Shown here in pieces: positions 29,349-39,043 of a stretch of 64,000 nt of DNA. The first letter of the stretch is position 1. The number at the start of each line of letters is the position of its first letter. Source of the stretch: Alphaproteobacteria bacterium (GTDB taxonomy: Bacteria > Pseudomonadota > Alphaproteobacteria > Bin95). A program made the translations under genes and the position numbers. The stretch is taken from positions 1,376,001-1,440,000 of the forward strand of contig OZ224045.1 in NCBI GenBank assembly GCA_963665325.3, given 5' to 3'. Under the pieces are notes generated by a model that saw only the letters and a list, made by a program, of their open reading frames with translations, searched no databases and was not told where the DNA came from.

Positions 29349-29781
29349 CGGCGGCGTCCAGGGCGGCGGCGACGATGGGCGTGTAGCCCGTGCAGCGGCA
29401 GAGATGCCCGCTCAGCACCTCGCGAACCTCCTGCTCGGTCGGGCGGGGCGTTTCGCGGAGGAAGGCGGTCAGGCTCATCAGGATGCCGGCGGTGCAGAAC
29501 CCGCATTGCAGCGCGAAATGGCGCCGGAAGGCCGCGTGCAGCGGGCCTTCCTCCAGCCCCTCCACCGTCACGATTTCGGCACCCTCGCATTGAACGGCGA
29601 GTGCCAGGCAGGAGCGCGCGGGGCGGCCGTCTATCAGCACGGTGCAGGCGCCGCAGACGCCGTGCTCGCAGCCGACATGCGTACCGGTCAGCCCGAGCGT
29701 GTGGCGTAGGAAGTCGGAGAGCAGCAGGCGCGGTTCCGCCGCCGCCTCCACCGCCTCGCCGTTCACGGTCATGCGCGGCAT
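29341..29781 (-). CDS. hmfC: Molybdo-hydroxylase 2Fe-2S subunit
   Basis: GCEHGVCGACT, QCGFCT, LCRCTGY. Confidence 0.72.
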   Translation of the reverse strand: MPRMTVNGEAVEAAAEPRLLLSDFLRHTLGLTGTHVGCEHGVCGACTVLIDGRPARSCLALAVQCEGAEIVTVEGLEEGPLHAAFRRHFALQCGFCTAGILMSLTAFLRETPRPTEQEVREVLSGHLCRCTGYTPIVAAALDAADA

Positions 29782-30524
29782 GCGATCGCCTCCTCCACCA
29801 CTGCCCGGCCGACGCGCTCCACCAGCCGGCGGCGATAGCCGGCATCGGCATGGAAATCGTCGCGGGCGTCGATGGCGTCCGGGTCGATGGCGAGGCCATC
29901 GAGCAGCACCGGCGTGTCGGCGACGCCGCCCACCCCAAGCCGCACGCCGTCCGCATCGGCGACGGCCGCGAAGGCCGCCAGCGCGAAATCGCCGTGCCGG
30001 AGCGCCACCTCGCGGAAGGCGTAGCCGGCGCGGGGGTCGGGCGGCGGCAGTTCCACGGCCGTAACGAGTTCGTCCTCCTCCCGGGCCGTCATCAGCGGGC
30101 CCTCGAAAAAGTCGATGGCTTCCACCAACCTCTCACCGCGCACCGAAGCCAGATGAACAGTGCCGCCGAGGGCCACGAGGCAGAGCGGCAGTTCCGCCGC
30201 CGGGTCGCCGTGCGCGACCGAGCCGCAGAAGGTGCCCCGGCTGCGGGTCTGGTAGTGGCCGACATGCGGCAGGGCGAGGTCGATCAGCGCGTGCAGGCCG
30301 GCCAGTTCCGCCTGCCGGACGGCGGCGCCCACCCGGAGGCCGCGCTCGCGAAGCTCGGGCAGGTGGGCAATATCCACCAGCAGGTCGGGCCGGGCGAGGC
30401 GCATGTTCAGCATCGCAACCAGCGACTGGCCGCCGGCAAGGACCATGGCGCCTTCCGTAGCGAGCGCCTCCAGCGCCTCGTCGAGGCTGGCGGGGCGCAG
30501 ATAGTCGAAGGGAGCGGGCTTCAC
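29769..30524 (-). CDS. hmfB: Molybdo-hydroxylase FAD subunit
   Basis: GTG start VKPAPFDY, LAGGQSL, HGDPAAE, RHGDFA. Confidence 0.72.
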   Translation of the reverse strand: MKPAPFDYLRPASLDEALEALATEGAMVLAGGQSLVAMLNMRLARPDLLVDIAHLPELRERGLRVGAAVRQAELAGLHALIDLALPHVGHYQTRSRGTFCGSVAHGDPAAELPLCLVALGGTVHLASVRGERLVEAIDFFEGPLMTAREEDELVTAVELPPPDPRAGYAFREVALRHGDFALAAFAAVADADGVRLGVGGVADTPVLLDGLAIDPDAIDARDDFHADAGYRRRLVERVGRAVVEEAIACRA

Positions 30525-32884
30525 GGCAGCAGCGCCGCGACGCGGGCGGGCGTCAGCGGCAGTTCCAGGTCTTCGATGCCGAGCGCGTCCGCCACCGCAT
30601 TGGCGATGCAGGGCGGGGCGCTCATGGCGTTGCCCTCGCCGATGCCCTTGGCGCCGAGCGGGGTGAAGGGCGAGGGCGTTTCGAGATGCAGGATCTCCGG
30701 GTCGGGCGTCTCGCAGGCGGTCGGCGGCGGGTAGTCGGCGAAGGTGCCGGCGAGCGGCTGGCCTGCCCCGTCGTAAACAAAGGCCTCGAACAGCGTGGCG
30801 CCGAGGGCGTTGGAGAGGCCGCCGCGCACCTGCCCGTCGGCCATCGGACGGTGGAGCAGCCGGCCGGCATCGTGCGCGGTGAGGTAGCGGTCGATGCGGA
30901 CCTGGCCCGTATCGGCATCGACCTCGACGCCGCAAATGTCGAAGATGAAGCCGTAGGCGGCGGAGCCGTTGATGCGGTCCTCCGCGTCGGGGGCCCCGAG
31001 CTCGGGCGGGGTCCAGAACTCGGTTGCCCGCAAGGCCGGCTCGACGCCCTGCGGCAAGGTGCCGGGCGACCAGTGGGCGAGGCCGGCCAGGCGCGCAAAC
31101 GGCACTTCCCTGTCCGGCCCGGCCCCGACCTTGCCGTCCTCGAAGCGGATGTCCTCCAGCGGCAGGTCCAGCCGTGCGGCGGCGAGCCGGGCCAGCCGGT
31201 CGCGCAGCGTGGAGGCCGCGCGCCATGCGGTCCCGGCGACGGCCGGAGCGAAGCGGCAGGAATAGTTGCCGGCGGCGATGGACCAGGCGTCGCGCGCGCT
31301 GTCGAACTCGGTCACCACCCGGATGTCGTGGGGCGCGAGACCGAAGGCGCCGGCCACCACTTCGGCCAGCACGGTGCGGTGTCCCTGGCCCTGCGGGATG
31401 GAGTCCCCGGTCACGGTGACGCCGCCATGCGGGTCTATCGCAACCGTGGCGGCGGCGAGCGCGCCGTTCTTGAGCCCGCCGGCCAGACGATCCTCATGCT
31501 CCAGCACCGTGGTGATGTAGCCCATATTGGAAACCGTCGGCTCCACCGCCGCCGCCAGTCCCACGCCATAGAGGCGTCCGCCGGCGCGGGCTTCGGCGCG
31601 GCGGGCTTCAAGCTCCTTCAATGCGGGGCGGGCGAGGTCGATCACCGCACCGTAGTCGCCGGAATCGTAAAGCGCGCCCGAGGCCGTGCGATAGGGCATC
31701 TCCGTTACCAGGTTCCGCCGCAGCACCTCCAGCCGGTCGAGCCCGAGGCGGTCGGCGATGCGGTGCATCAGCCGCTCGAGCGGGAAATAGACCTGCGGGC
31801 CGCCGAAGCCCCGGTTGAGGCCGCTCGGCGTCTTGTTGGTGACGGCGATGAGGTTCTCGACCTCAAGGTTCGGAATGTCGTAGGCCCCGGTCATTGCACC
31901 GTGCATCCGGTAGAGCGTCGCCGGCTCGGGCGCCTTGATATAGGCGCCGCAGTCCTCAAGCTGCCGGTAGCGGAGCGCCGTCACCCGGCCGTTGGCCATG
32001 ACGGCGGCCTGCAGCCGCGTTTCCCGGTTGGTGGCGGAGCCGGCGGCCGTCAGGTGCTCCAGCCGGTCCTCGATCCATTTCACCGGCCGGCCGGCAAGCC
32101 GCGCGACGGCGGCCATCAGCACGATATAGGGCGCGAGGCCCTGCTTGATGCCGAAGCTGCCGCCGGAGTCGGGCGGGGTGCGCAGCCGGAGCCGGTTGGC
32201 CGGCACGCCGAGCGCCGCCGCCATCACCGGATGCAGCGCGAACGGCCCCTGGAAGGGCGCTGTCACCTCGAAGGCGTCGCCGTCCGGGTCCCAGGCGGCG
32301 ATGAGGCCGAAACATTCGATGGGCGTGACGGCGCTGCGCGGATAGCTGACCTCGATGGCGATGCGATGGTCGGCGGCTGCAAACGCGCCTTCCGGGTCGC
32401 CGTATGAAAAGCGCCGCCGGTTTGCGAGGTTCGTTCCAGCAGCCTCGTGGAGCAGCGGCGCGCCTGCGGCGATCGCCGCCGAGGGCGAGACGACGGCCGG
32501 CAGCGGCTCGTACTCGATCTCCACCAGCTCCAGCGCGTCCTCGGCCCGGTAGCGGTCCTCCGCCAGCACCACGGCGACCGGCTCGCCGACATAGCGGACC
32601 TTGTCGGTCGCGACCGGGAAATGGCGCATGGGCGTGCGCAGCGCCGCGATGAACGGCTTGAGGCCGGCTGCGATCTCTTGTCCCGTGAACAGCCGCACGC
32701 CTTCCGGCGCGGTTATGCGCCCGAGCCGCGCATGGGCATGCGGCGAGCGCAGGACCGCGGCATGGAGCGTGCGCGGCGGCACGGGCAGGTCGTCGATAAA
32801 TCGCCCCCGCCCGCGCAACAGCGCCCGATCCTCAACCCGCTGGCCGCCCGTCACCCTGTATCCTGCTCCGTCGAAAAATGTCAA
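30521..32884 (-). CDS. hmfA: Xanthine dehydrogenase-family molybdopterin subunit, 2-furoyl-CoA dehydrogenase-like
   Basis: RSPHAHA, GGSFGIK, NRGFGGPQ, QGQGHRT, AGNYSCRFA, GAKGIGEG; start uncertain. Confidence 0.72.
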   Translation of the reverse strand: MTFFDGAGYRVTGGQRVEDRALLRGRGRFIDDLPVPPRTLHAAVLRSPHAHARLGRITAPEGVRLFTGQEIAAGLKPFIAALRTPMRHFPVATDKVRYVGEPVAVVLAEDRYRAEDALELVEIEYEPLPAVVSPSAAIAAGAPLLHEAAGTNLANRRRFSYGDPEGAFAAADHRIAIEVSYPRSAVTPIECFGLIAAWDPDGDAFEVTAPFQGPFALHPVMAAALGVPANRLRLRTPPDSGGSFGIKQGLAPYIVLMAAVARLAGRPVKWIEDRLEHLTAAGSATNRETRLQAAVMANGRVTALRYRQLEDCGAYIKAPEPATLYRMHGAMTGAYDIPNLEVENLIAVTNKTPSGLNRGFGGPQVYFPLERLMHRIADRLGLDRLEVLRRNLVTEMPYRTASGALYDSGDYGAVIDLARPALKELEARRAEARAGGRLYGVGLAAAVEPTVSNMGYITTVLEHEDRLAGGLKNGALAAATVAIDPHGGVTVTGDSIPQGQGHRTVLAEVVAGAFGLAPHDIRVVTEFDSARDAWSIAAGNYSCRFAPAVAGTAWRAASTLRDRLARLAAARLDLPLEDIRFEDGKVGAGPDREVPFARLAGLAHWSPGTLPQGVEPALRATEFWTPPELGAPDAEDRINGSAAYGFIFDICGVEVDADTGQVRIDRYLTAHDAGRLLHRPMADGQVRGGLSNALGATLFEAFVYDGAGQPLAGTFADYPPPTACETPDPEILHLETPSPFTPLGAKGIGEGNAMSAPPCIANAVADALGIEDLELPLTPARVAALLP

Positions 32885-32988
32885 AAGATGTCATAGTCTG
32901 TCCCCGAAGCGCCTAGCCAACGAACATCGATTCGCCAACGATTTTCTCCCGCAAGTGTCTAAGTTGACTATGGTATGCAAATGTACAA

Positions 32989-34065
32989 CTAGACGCACTC
33001 GCGTGCTAGAATACCATCTAAATATCCCGGAACCAAGAATTGCTTAAGTTCCATTAGCGTTACCGGCCGGGCTATTTTTGCAATTAATCGATGTACCATT
33101 CGATGACAATTCGAACAAAGCATAAAGAAATCTTCAGGTCTGGTTTGTCTGTTGGCTGCGTATGACAGTGGTAGTGCGTGATGCGCTTCAATAAAATTAT
33201 CCCCAATGAAGCCATATGTTTGCGAAAAATCTATGTTGCATGATTGACAAAACAGCCGGCCATTATTCTCTTCTTTAAAGGCTTGTTTTGCATTCCTTAC
33301 CACGGTTTGATTTCTTTCTCGGCAATAGTGAGAAACAAATTTCTTCGCGCCTTCGGAATATTCACTATCTTGAAGTTCCGGAGAAAATCCCATAGCGCCA
33401 ATAGAGTGATGTCCCATAATGTATGAAAACACTTCATTCTTGAATTGCAGGTGTTCTCTCTTGTTTGCTTTACCACCTCCGTCTGCATACCAAACCATAG
33501 ATTGAAGAGCCATCCAGCCAAGTCCTCGTGGCACCCTAAAATCTCGATCTTCTTCCGGTATAAGGTAGGCATCTCCTTCTGAGCACGAAACGCAGTATTT
33601 TGGGGTATCTTCTGCTGTCTGAAGGTTCGCTTCTATCTCGGCCTCAATTTCGTCTCGAAGCGGGTGAGGAAGGTAGTGAGAATGAATGGTCGCATTCCTC
33701 CACCATCCGACTATAAAGGTGTTTTCTGCAGGTTTATTTCTTGATGCTGTCCATACTATAGTAGCGTTGTTGAACCTCGATGTGTTTTCAATTTCACCGC
33801 AGTTCTTTGTCAGTCGTCGAATGATGGAGGATGGATTTGTATGCTCAAAGAAGCCGTAGAGATTATTTTCGTGTGGAATGAAATTCCAACACTCAATTCC
33901 ATGGCCATGTTTCTTGGGATATGTTCCTGCGGGATAATTTAATGGATCGTCCGTGAGTCCTCTATAATATTTCATCCACTCGATCCGAAAAAATACCATT
34001 CTGTTTATATTCAGCGATAATTCACCTTCGTAAAGATCAGTATCGAATTGCTCGGACATGCTCAT
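32989..34065 (-). CDS. HNH endonuclease (McrA-like C-terminus), low GC
   Basis: EG...ERN, CQSC, FIEAHH, LCSNCHRMVH. Confidence 0.85.
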   Translation of the reverse strand: MSMSEQFDTDLYEGELSLNINRMVFFRIEWMKYYRGLTDDPLNYPAGTYPKKHGHGIECWNFIPHENNLYGFFEHTNPSSIIRRLTKNCGEIENTSRFNNATIVWTASRNKPAENTFIVGWWRNATIHSHYLPHPLRDEIEAEIEANLQTAEDTPKYCVSCSEGDAYLIPEEDRDFRVPRGLGWMALQSMVWYADGGGKANKREHLQFKNEVFSYIMGHHSIGAMGFSPELQDSEYSEGAKKFVSHYCRERNQTVVRNAKQAFKEENNGRLFCQSCNIDFSQTYGFIGDNFIEAHHALPLSYAANRQTRPEDFFMLCSNCHRMVHRLIAKIARPVTLMELKQFLVPGYLDGILARECV

Positions 34066-34285
34066 GCTCGCTCTGATCTGAGACGGGGGTCAACTCAATC
34101 GACAAGGATCATATTCGAGTGCGGGCGATTCTGGCAATGTGGCTCCCGCCATGGATAGAAGGGATGGGCTGAAGAAACGGTGGAGAACAACGGCTTCAGG
34201 TGGACACAAGAGGATGGAGCATTCGCCACTGTCACCCGGCTGCGAACGACGGTTGAAGCGTTAGGTACGCGAACAGACTGATTTA

Positions 34286-35914
34286 TCAGTCGCCCCCATC
34301 CTTCTCCCGCAGCATGCGCTCGGCGAGGCGGCGGGCGTCTTCGCGGGTCTCCACGATGTGCTCTTCGGGGATGCTTCTCAGGCAGTGGAGCGAGTTCAGG
34401 GTTTGCGCGGCGGCTCCGTGGAGGCCCGCCACGATGCAGGAGGTCCCCGCCGCTTCCCCGATGCCGATCAGCTGTTCGATGACCATGGCGGCGCTGTCAT
34501 CGATGTAGGCGGCGCCGGAGAAGTCGAAGATCACGATCTCATGGTCGCGGATTTCCGGGCCGATGGCGTCCGCCAGCTTGTGCGACGAGGCGACGGTGAG
34601 GCTGCCCCGGAGTGCCACGAAGCCGGCCCGCGCGGCAAACGCGCTCTCCTCTTCCTCCCCGTGCGGGCCGAGAAGGGTCCGGTCGAGCAGCGGCGTCGAG
34701 ACCACGCTGTCGAGTTCGAGGCGCTCCAATTGCCGTGCATGGACCATGCCGCCTGCGATGAGGCCGATGGCGACGGCAGTGACCAGGTCGACGAAGACCG
34801 TCAGCGCCAGCACCGTCAGCATGACGATCAGATGCTCGCGCCGCAGATGGCGGGCGCGGGCAATGAGCCGCCAGTCCACGATGTCCCAGCCGACCTTCAT
34901 CAGCACGGCGGCAAGCGCAGCCAGCGGTATCGGCTCCACGAGGCGCCCGAAACCCAGCAGCAGAGCCAGCAGAAGCCCGGCGCGCAGAACGCCCGAGACG
35001 GGCGTCGCGCCGCCGGCGCGGATGTTGGTCGCGGTCCCCGGCGCAGACCCGGCCCCGGGCAGCGCACCGAACAGCCCGGCGACCGTGTTCGCGATGCCCT
35101 GTCCGACCAGTTCGCGGTCCGGATTGTGGCGCGTGCCGGTCATCGAATCGGCGATCATCGCCGTCAGCAGGCTGTCCACGGAGTTGAGCAGGGCGAGGAT
35201 CAGGGCCGGCTGCAGCAGGTCGAGCAGCAGGGCCGGCGAGAGCAGCGGAAGCTGCAGGTCGGGCAGGCCGGCGGGAATCGGGCCGATGACCGGCGCCGAG
35301 TCCAGCCAGAGCGCGCCGAGCAGCGTGCCGGCGACGAGCGCCGCCAGCAGGCCGGGCGCGAACCGCTCCAGCCGCTTCGGCCAGAGGAAGGCCGTCGCCA
35401 GCGTTACGACGGCGATGGCAAGGGCTTGCGCGTTGAGGCCGCGCAGCGCCGAGGGAAGGGCGGCGACGACCTCTACCGCTTCGCCGGGGACGGTAGAGGC
35501 CCCGAGGGCGGGCAGCATCTGGACCAGCACGATGATGATGCCGATGCCCGACATGAAGCCGGAAACGACCACATAGGGCGTGTAGGCGGCGAAGCGCCCG
35601 AGCCTGGATATGCCGAGAAGGATCTGCACCAGCCCGGAGAGGACGACCACGGTCAGGGCCTCGGCGAGGCTGGACGTATGGCTGGTGATGATGACCGCCA
35701 TGATGATAGTCGTCGGCGCAGTGGGGCCGGAAATCTGCGTGCGGGTGCCGCCGAACACCGACGCAAAGAAGCCGACGGCGATGGCGCCGTGCAGGCCTGC
35801 CGCCGCCCCCATGCCGGACGCGATGCCGAACCCGAGCGCCACGGGCAGCGCCACCACGGTCGAGGTGATGCCCCCGAACAGGTCGCCGCGGAAAGTCTCG
35901 AGATCGTATTTCAT
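34286..35914 (-). CDS. SulP anion transporter with STAS domain
   Basis: GDLFGG..VALPVALGFG, QISGPTAP, ELVGQGIAN, DFSGAAYIDDS. Confidence 0.9.
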   Translation of the reverse strand: MKYDLETFRGDLFGGITSTVVALPVALGFGIASGMGAAAGLHGAIAVGFFASVFGGTRTQISGPTAPTTIIMAVIITSHTSSLAEALTVVVLSGLVQILLGISRLGRFAAYTPYVVVSGFMSGIGIIIVLVQMLPALGASTVPGEAVEVVAALPSALRGLNAQALAIAVVTLATAFLWPKRLERFAPGLLAALVAGTLLGALWLDSAPVIGPIPAGLPDLQLPLLSPALLLDLLQPALILALLNSVDSLLTAMIADSMTGTRHNPDRELVGQGIANTVAGLFGALPGAGSAPGTATNIRAGGATPVSGVLRAGLLLALLLGFGRLVEPIPLAALAAVLMKVGWDIVDWRLIARARHLRREHLIVMLTVLALTVFVDLVTAVAIGLIAGGMVHARQLERLELDSVVSTPLLDRTLLGPHGEEEESAFAARAGFVALRGSLTVASSHKLADAIGPEIRDHEIVIFDFSGAAYIDDSAAMVIEQLIGIGEAAGTSCIVAGLHGAAAQTLNSLHCLRSIPEEHIVETREDARRLAERMLREKDGGD

Positions 35915-35993
35915 GAAGGCAAGGTTAGCCGGTGCCGCGCCGCCCGCAATCCGCTATTGTCGACGGCGAAGGCCAATGGAGGAGACGAACCCG

Positions 35994-36395
35994 ATGCCAG
36001 ACACCAGTTCCCAGCTTCGCAAGCTCGCCCACGCCACCGCAGAGTCGGCGCCGCTCGTCGCCGGACGGCGCGATTTCTTCAAATATCGCGATCTCGGCGT
36101 CACCGAGGCGAGCCTCGGCAGCATGCGCGCCCAGACCATGACCGCGGTCCGCGGCATGACCGAGCCGACCGGCTGGCACTATCACGAGTGCGAGGGCCAG
36201 TTCGTCTATGCGCTCAAGGGCTGGGTGGACCTGGAATTCGAGAACGGCGAGACGCTGCGGATCAAGGAGGGCGAGTCGCTGTTCATCCCCGGCGGGCTGA
36301 AGCACAACGAGACAGCGACCTCGGACGACCTCGAAATCCTGGAGCTGTCCATTCCCGCGGAGATGGGCACCGTCCCCTGCGACCCGCCGGCCTGA
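35994..36395 (+). CDS. Cupin domain protein
   Basis: TGWHYHEC, IPGGLKHNE; GGAGGAG RBS. Confidence 0.8.
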   Translation: MPDTSSQLRKLAHATAESAPLVAGRRDFFKYRDLGVTEASLGSMRAQTMTAVRGMTEPTGWHYHECEGQFVYALKGWVDLEFENGETLRIKEGESLFIPGGLKHNETATSDDLEILELSIPAEMGTVPCDPPA

Positions 36396-36411
36396 CGACC
36401 CAATCCGTCGG

Positions 36412-37515
36412 CTAAGCGCGCAAGCGCGAGAGCCCGTCTTCCGGCATCCGGCCCCTGTTCTTCTCGGCGAGTAGGGGCCGGACCAGTTCCGCAAATCCGG
36501 TCGCGGCGGCGGCGTGCGGAAAGCCGGACAGACAGAAGGAGTGGCACCCCGCGTCGATGAAGGCCTGGAGCTGATCGGCGCACTGCTCCGGATTGCCGAC
36601 GACCGCGATGCCGGCGCCGGCCCGGACCCTGGTGATGCCGGTCCAAAGGTTCGGCCCGATCATCTCGCCATGCTCGTGCGCCAGTTCCTGCACGCGCCGG
36701 TTCGCTGCCGAATTGAAGGTGTTGTCGATAATTTCCTGGCGGTTCGCATCGGTGCCGTGCGCGACCAGCCTGCGGGCCGCCGTCCAGGCCTCGTCTTCCG
36801 ACTCACGGCACATGATCTGCAGGCGCATGCCGAATCCGATCTCGTCCCCGCGCCCGAACTCCGCTGCGCGCCGGCGGATATCGACGATGTTCTCGGCGAT
36901 CCGCTCCGGCGTGTCGCCCCAGAACAGGTGGACATCCGAGTGCCGGGCGGAAATATCGGCGGCCTGCGGCGACCCGCCGCCGAGATAGAAGCGGGGATGG
37001 GGTTTCTGGTAAATCTCCGGAACGATCGAGCAGTTCTTGAGGGTGTGGAACCTGCCGTCGAAGTCGATGGGCCCTGACGCCGCCCAGAGCCGCTTCATGA
37101 TGGCGACTTCTTCCCCCATCAGGGCGTAGCGTTCCTCCTTGCTGTAGCGGATGCCGTCGGCCTCGAAGTCCGTTTCCGCCTGCCCCGCTATCAGGTTTAT
37201 TGCGAGGCGCCCGCCGGTCATCCGGTCGAAGGTCGCCAGCATCTTGGCCAGGAGCACCGGATTGACATAGCCGGGCTTGGCCGCGACCAGCGGTTTGATC
37301 GTCTTCGTCTTGCCGGCGAGGAAGGCGGCAATGACATAGGCTTCCCAGCAGATGTTGACGACCGGGATCAGGATGTATTCGAACCCGGCATCCTCCGCCG
37401 CCAGGACGATCCGCTCCATCATTTCCGGCGACGGAGCGATCTCGGCCTCCGGATCGCGGAAGGCCGTCGTGTCGCCGTTCGTCGGCAAGTACCAGCCGAA
37501 TTCGAGCTGCCGCAT
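36412..37515 (-). CDS. LLM-class flavin-dependent monooxygenase (SsuD-like)
   Basis: FGWYLPTNGD, AEDAGFE, GGRLAINLIAG, LWTGI. Confidence 0.88.
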   Translation of the reverse strand: MRQLEFGWYLPTNGDTTAFRDPEAEIAPSPEMMERIVLAAEDAGFEYILIPVVNICWEAYVIAAFLAGKTKTIKPLVAAKPGYVNPVLLAKMLATFDRMTGGRLAINLIAGQAETDFEADGIRYSKEERYALMGEEVAIMKRLWAASGPIDFDGRFHTLKNCSIVPEIYQKPHPRFYLGGGSPQAADISARHSDVHLFWGDTPERIAENIVDIRRRAAEFGRGDEIGFGMRLQIMCRESEDEAWTAARRLVAHGTDANRQEIIDNTFNSAANRRVQELAHEHGEMIGPNLWTGITRVRAGAGIAVVGNPEQCADQLQAFIDAGCHSFCLSGFPHAAAATGFAELVRPLLAEKNRGRMPEDGLSRLRA

Positions 37516-37715
37516 ATGCCTGTCTCCCCGACAGGCAATCTAGCATGGATTTCCCGGCTCCGGCCCCACGATCCGCCGACGGTCGTTGTCGCGAGCGCCA
37601 TGGCGGACACGCGCCGGCGGTTCCGGCCCGGTCGGGCGCGTACGCCGGACTTGCCTTCCTGCCCGCCAGGGTCCTATCCGGTATTTCCCGATGCCATTTG
37701 GGGGAGGCGCGCCCG

Positions 37716-38891
37716 ATGGACAAGCAGACCGACTTGATTGGAAACTGGAGTTTCCCCACCCCGATCCGTTTCGGCGCCGGGCGCATAGGCGAGCTCCCCC
37801 AGGCCTGCCTCGAACTCGGCATCCGCCGGCCCCTCCTGGTCACGGACCCGGGACTCGCGGCGCTGCCCATGGTGAGCGATGCTGTGGAGTCCTGCGTGCA
37901 GGCGGGACTCGCATGCGCGGTCTTCTCCAATGTGCGCGCGAACCCGGTTGAGGCCAATGTCCATGAAGGCGTGAGGACGCTCCGGGATGGGGACCATGAC
38001 GGAATCGTCGCCTTCGGCGGCGGCAGCGCCCTGGATGCCGGGAAGGCGATCGGCTTCATGGCGGCTCAATCGCGGCCCATCTGGGACTTCGAGGACCGGG
38101 AGGACTGGTGGACCCGGGCCGACGAGGACGGCATGGCGCCGGTGGTCGCGGTTCCCACGACGTCGGGCACGGGCTCGGAGACAGGGCGCGCCTCGGTGAT
38201 TACCGACATCCGGACCGAGCACACCAAGCGGATCATCTTTCACCCGCGCATGATGCCGGGGCGCGCGATCCTCGACCCCGAGCTCACCCTGGGCCTTCCC
38301 GCCCACCTGACCGCGGCAGTGGGGATGGACGCTCTCTCCCACAGCCTCGAAGCCTATTCGAGCCCTGTCTTCCATCCGCTGGCGCAGGGCATTGCGCTCG
38401 AAGCCATGCGCCTCGTCCGCGACGCGCTTCCCGTCGCGGTGAAGACTCCCTCCGACCTTGCCGCGCGGAGCCGCATGCAGGTAGCGGCCGCGATGGGCTC
38501 GACCGCCTTCCAGAAGGGGCTGGGTGCGATGCATGCCCTCAGTCACCCCTGCAGTTCGTTGCTCGACACCCATCACGGACTGACGAACGCGGTGGTCATG
38601 CCCTATGTGCTCGTCTTCAACCGGCCCGCGATCGATACGAAGATGGCTGCCCTCGCGCGTTACCTGGACCTGCCGGACCCGTCGTTCTCCGGCGTCCTCG
38701 ACTGGATCCTCGCCCTGCGCGAGGAGATCGGCATTCCGCACACGCTCAAGGACATCGGTGTGGACGAGTCGTTGTCAGCGCGCATGGCGCGCATGGCGGC
38801 GGAGGACCCGTCGGCCGCGACCAATCCGGTTCCGCTCGACGCAGGCGCCCTGGAGCGCCTCTATCTGCGCGCGATCGGCGGCGTGCTGTAG
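37716..38891 (+). CDS. Iron-containing alcohol dehydrogenase
   Basis: FGGGSALD, PTTSGTGSE, MDALSHSLE, HALSH, HHGLTNA. Confidence 0.9.
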   Translation: MDKQTDLIGNWSFPTPIRFGAGRIGELPQACLELGIRRPLLVTDPGLAALPMVSDAVESCVQAGLACAVFSNVRANPVEANVHEGVRTLRDGDHDGIVAFGGGSALDAGKAIGFMAAQSRPIWDFEDREDWWTRADEDGMAPVVAVPTTSGTGSETGRASVITDIRTEHTKRIIFHPRMMPGRAILDPELTLGLPAHLTAAVGMDALSHSLEAYSSPVFHPLAQGIALEAMRLVRDALPVAVKTPSDLAARSRMQVAAAMGSTAFQKGLGAMHALSHPCSSLLDTHHGLTNAVVMPYVLVFNRPAIDTKMAALARYLDLPDPSFSGVLDWILALREEIGIPHTLKDIGVDESLSARMARMAAEDPSAATNPVPLDAGALERLYLRAIGGVL

Positions 38892-39043
38892 TACCGAATA
38901 AGAAGAGCCGCGCAGCTGTCACCGGCGTACACGAGACCGAGAAGAAGCGTCCACTCCATCAACTCTGCACCGCCGTGACCGGAATGAATCGTCGCTTCGC
39001 GTGGAGAAGCATTCCGCCGCCGCTAACACCCAATTTTCGATGC

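Noticed and set aside
30521-32884. Aerobic CO dehydrogenase (coxL)
   Set aside because: Lacks the AYxCSFR motif; gene order and the CoA ligase fit hmf better.
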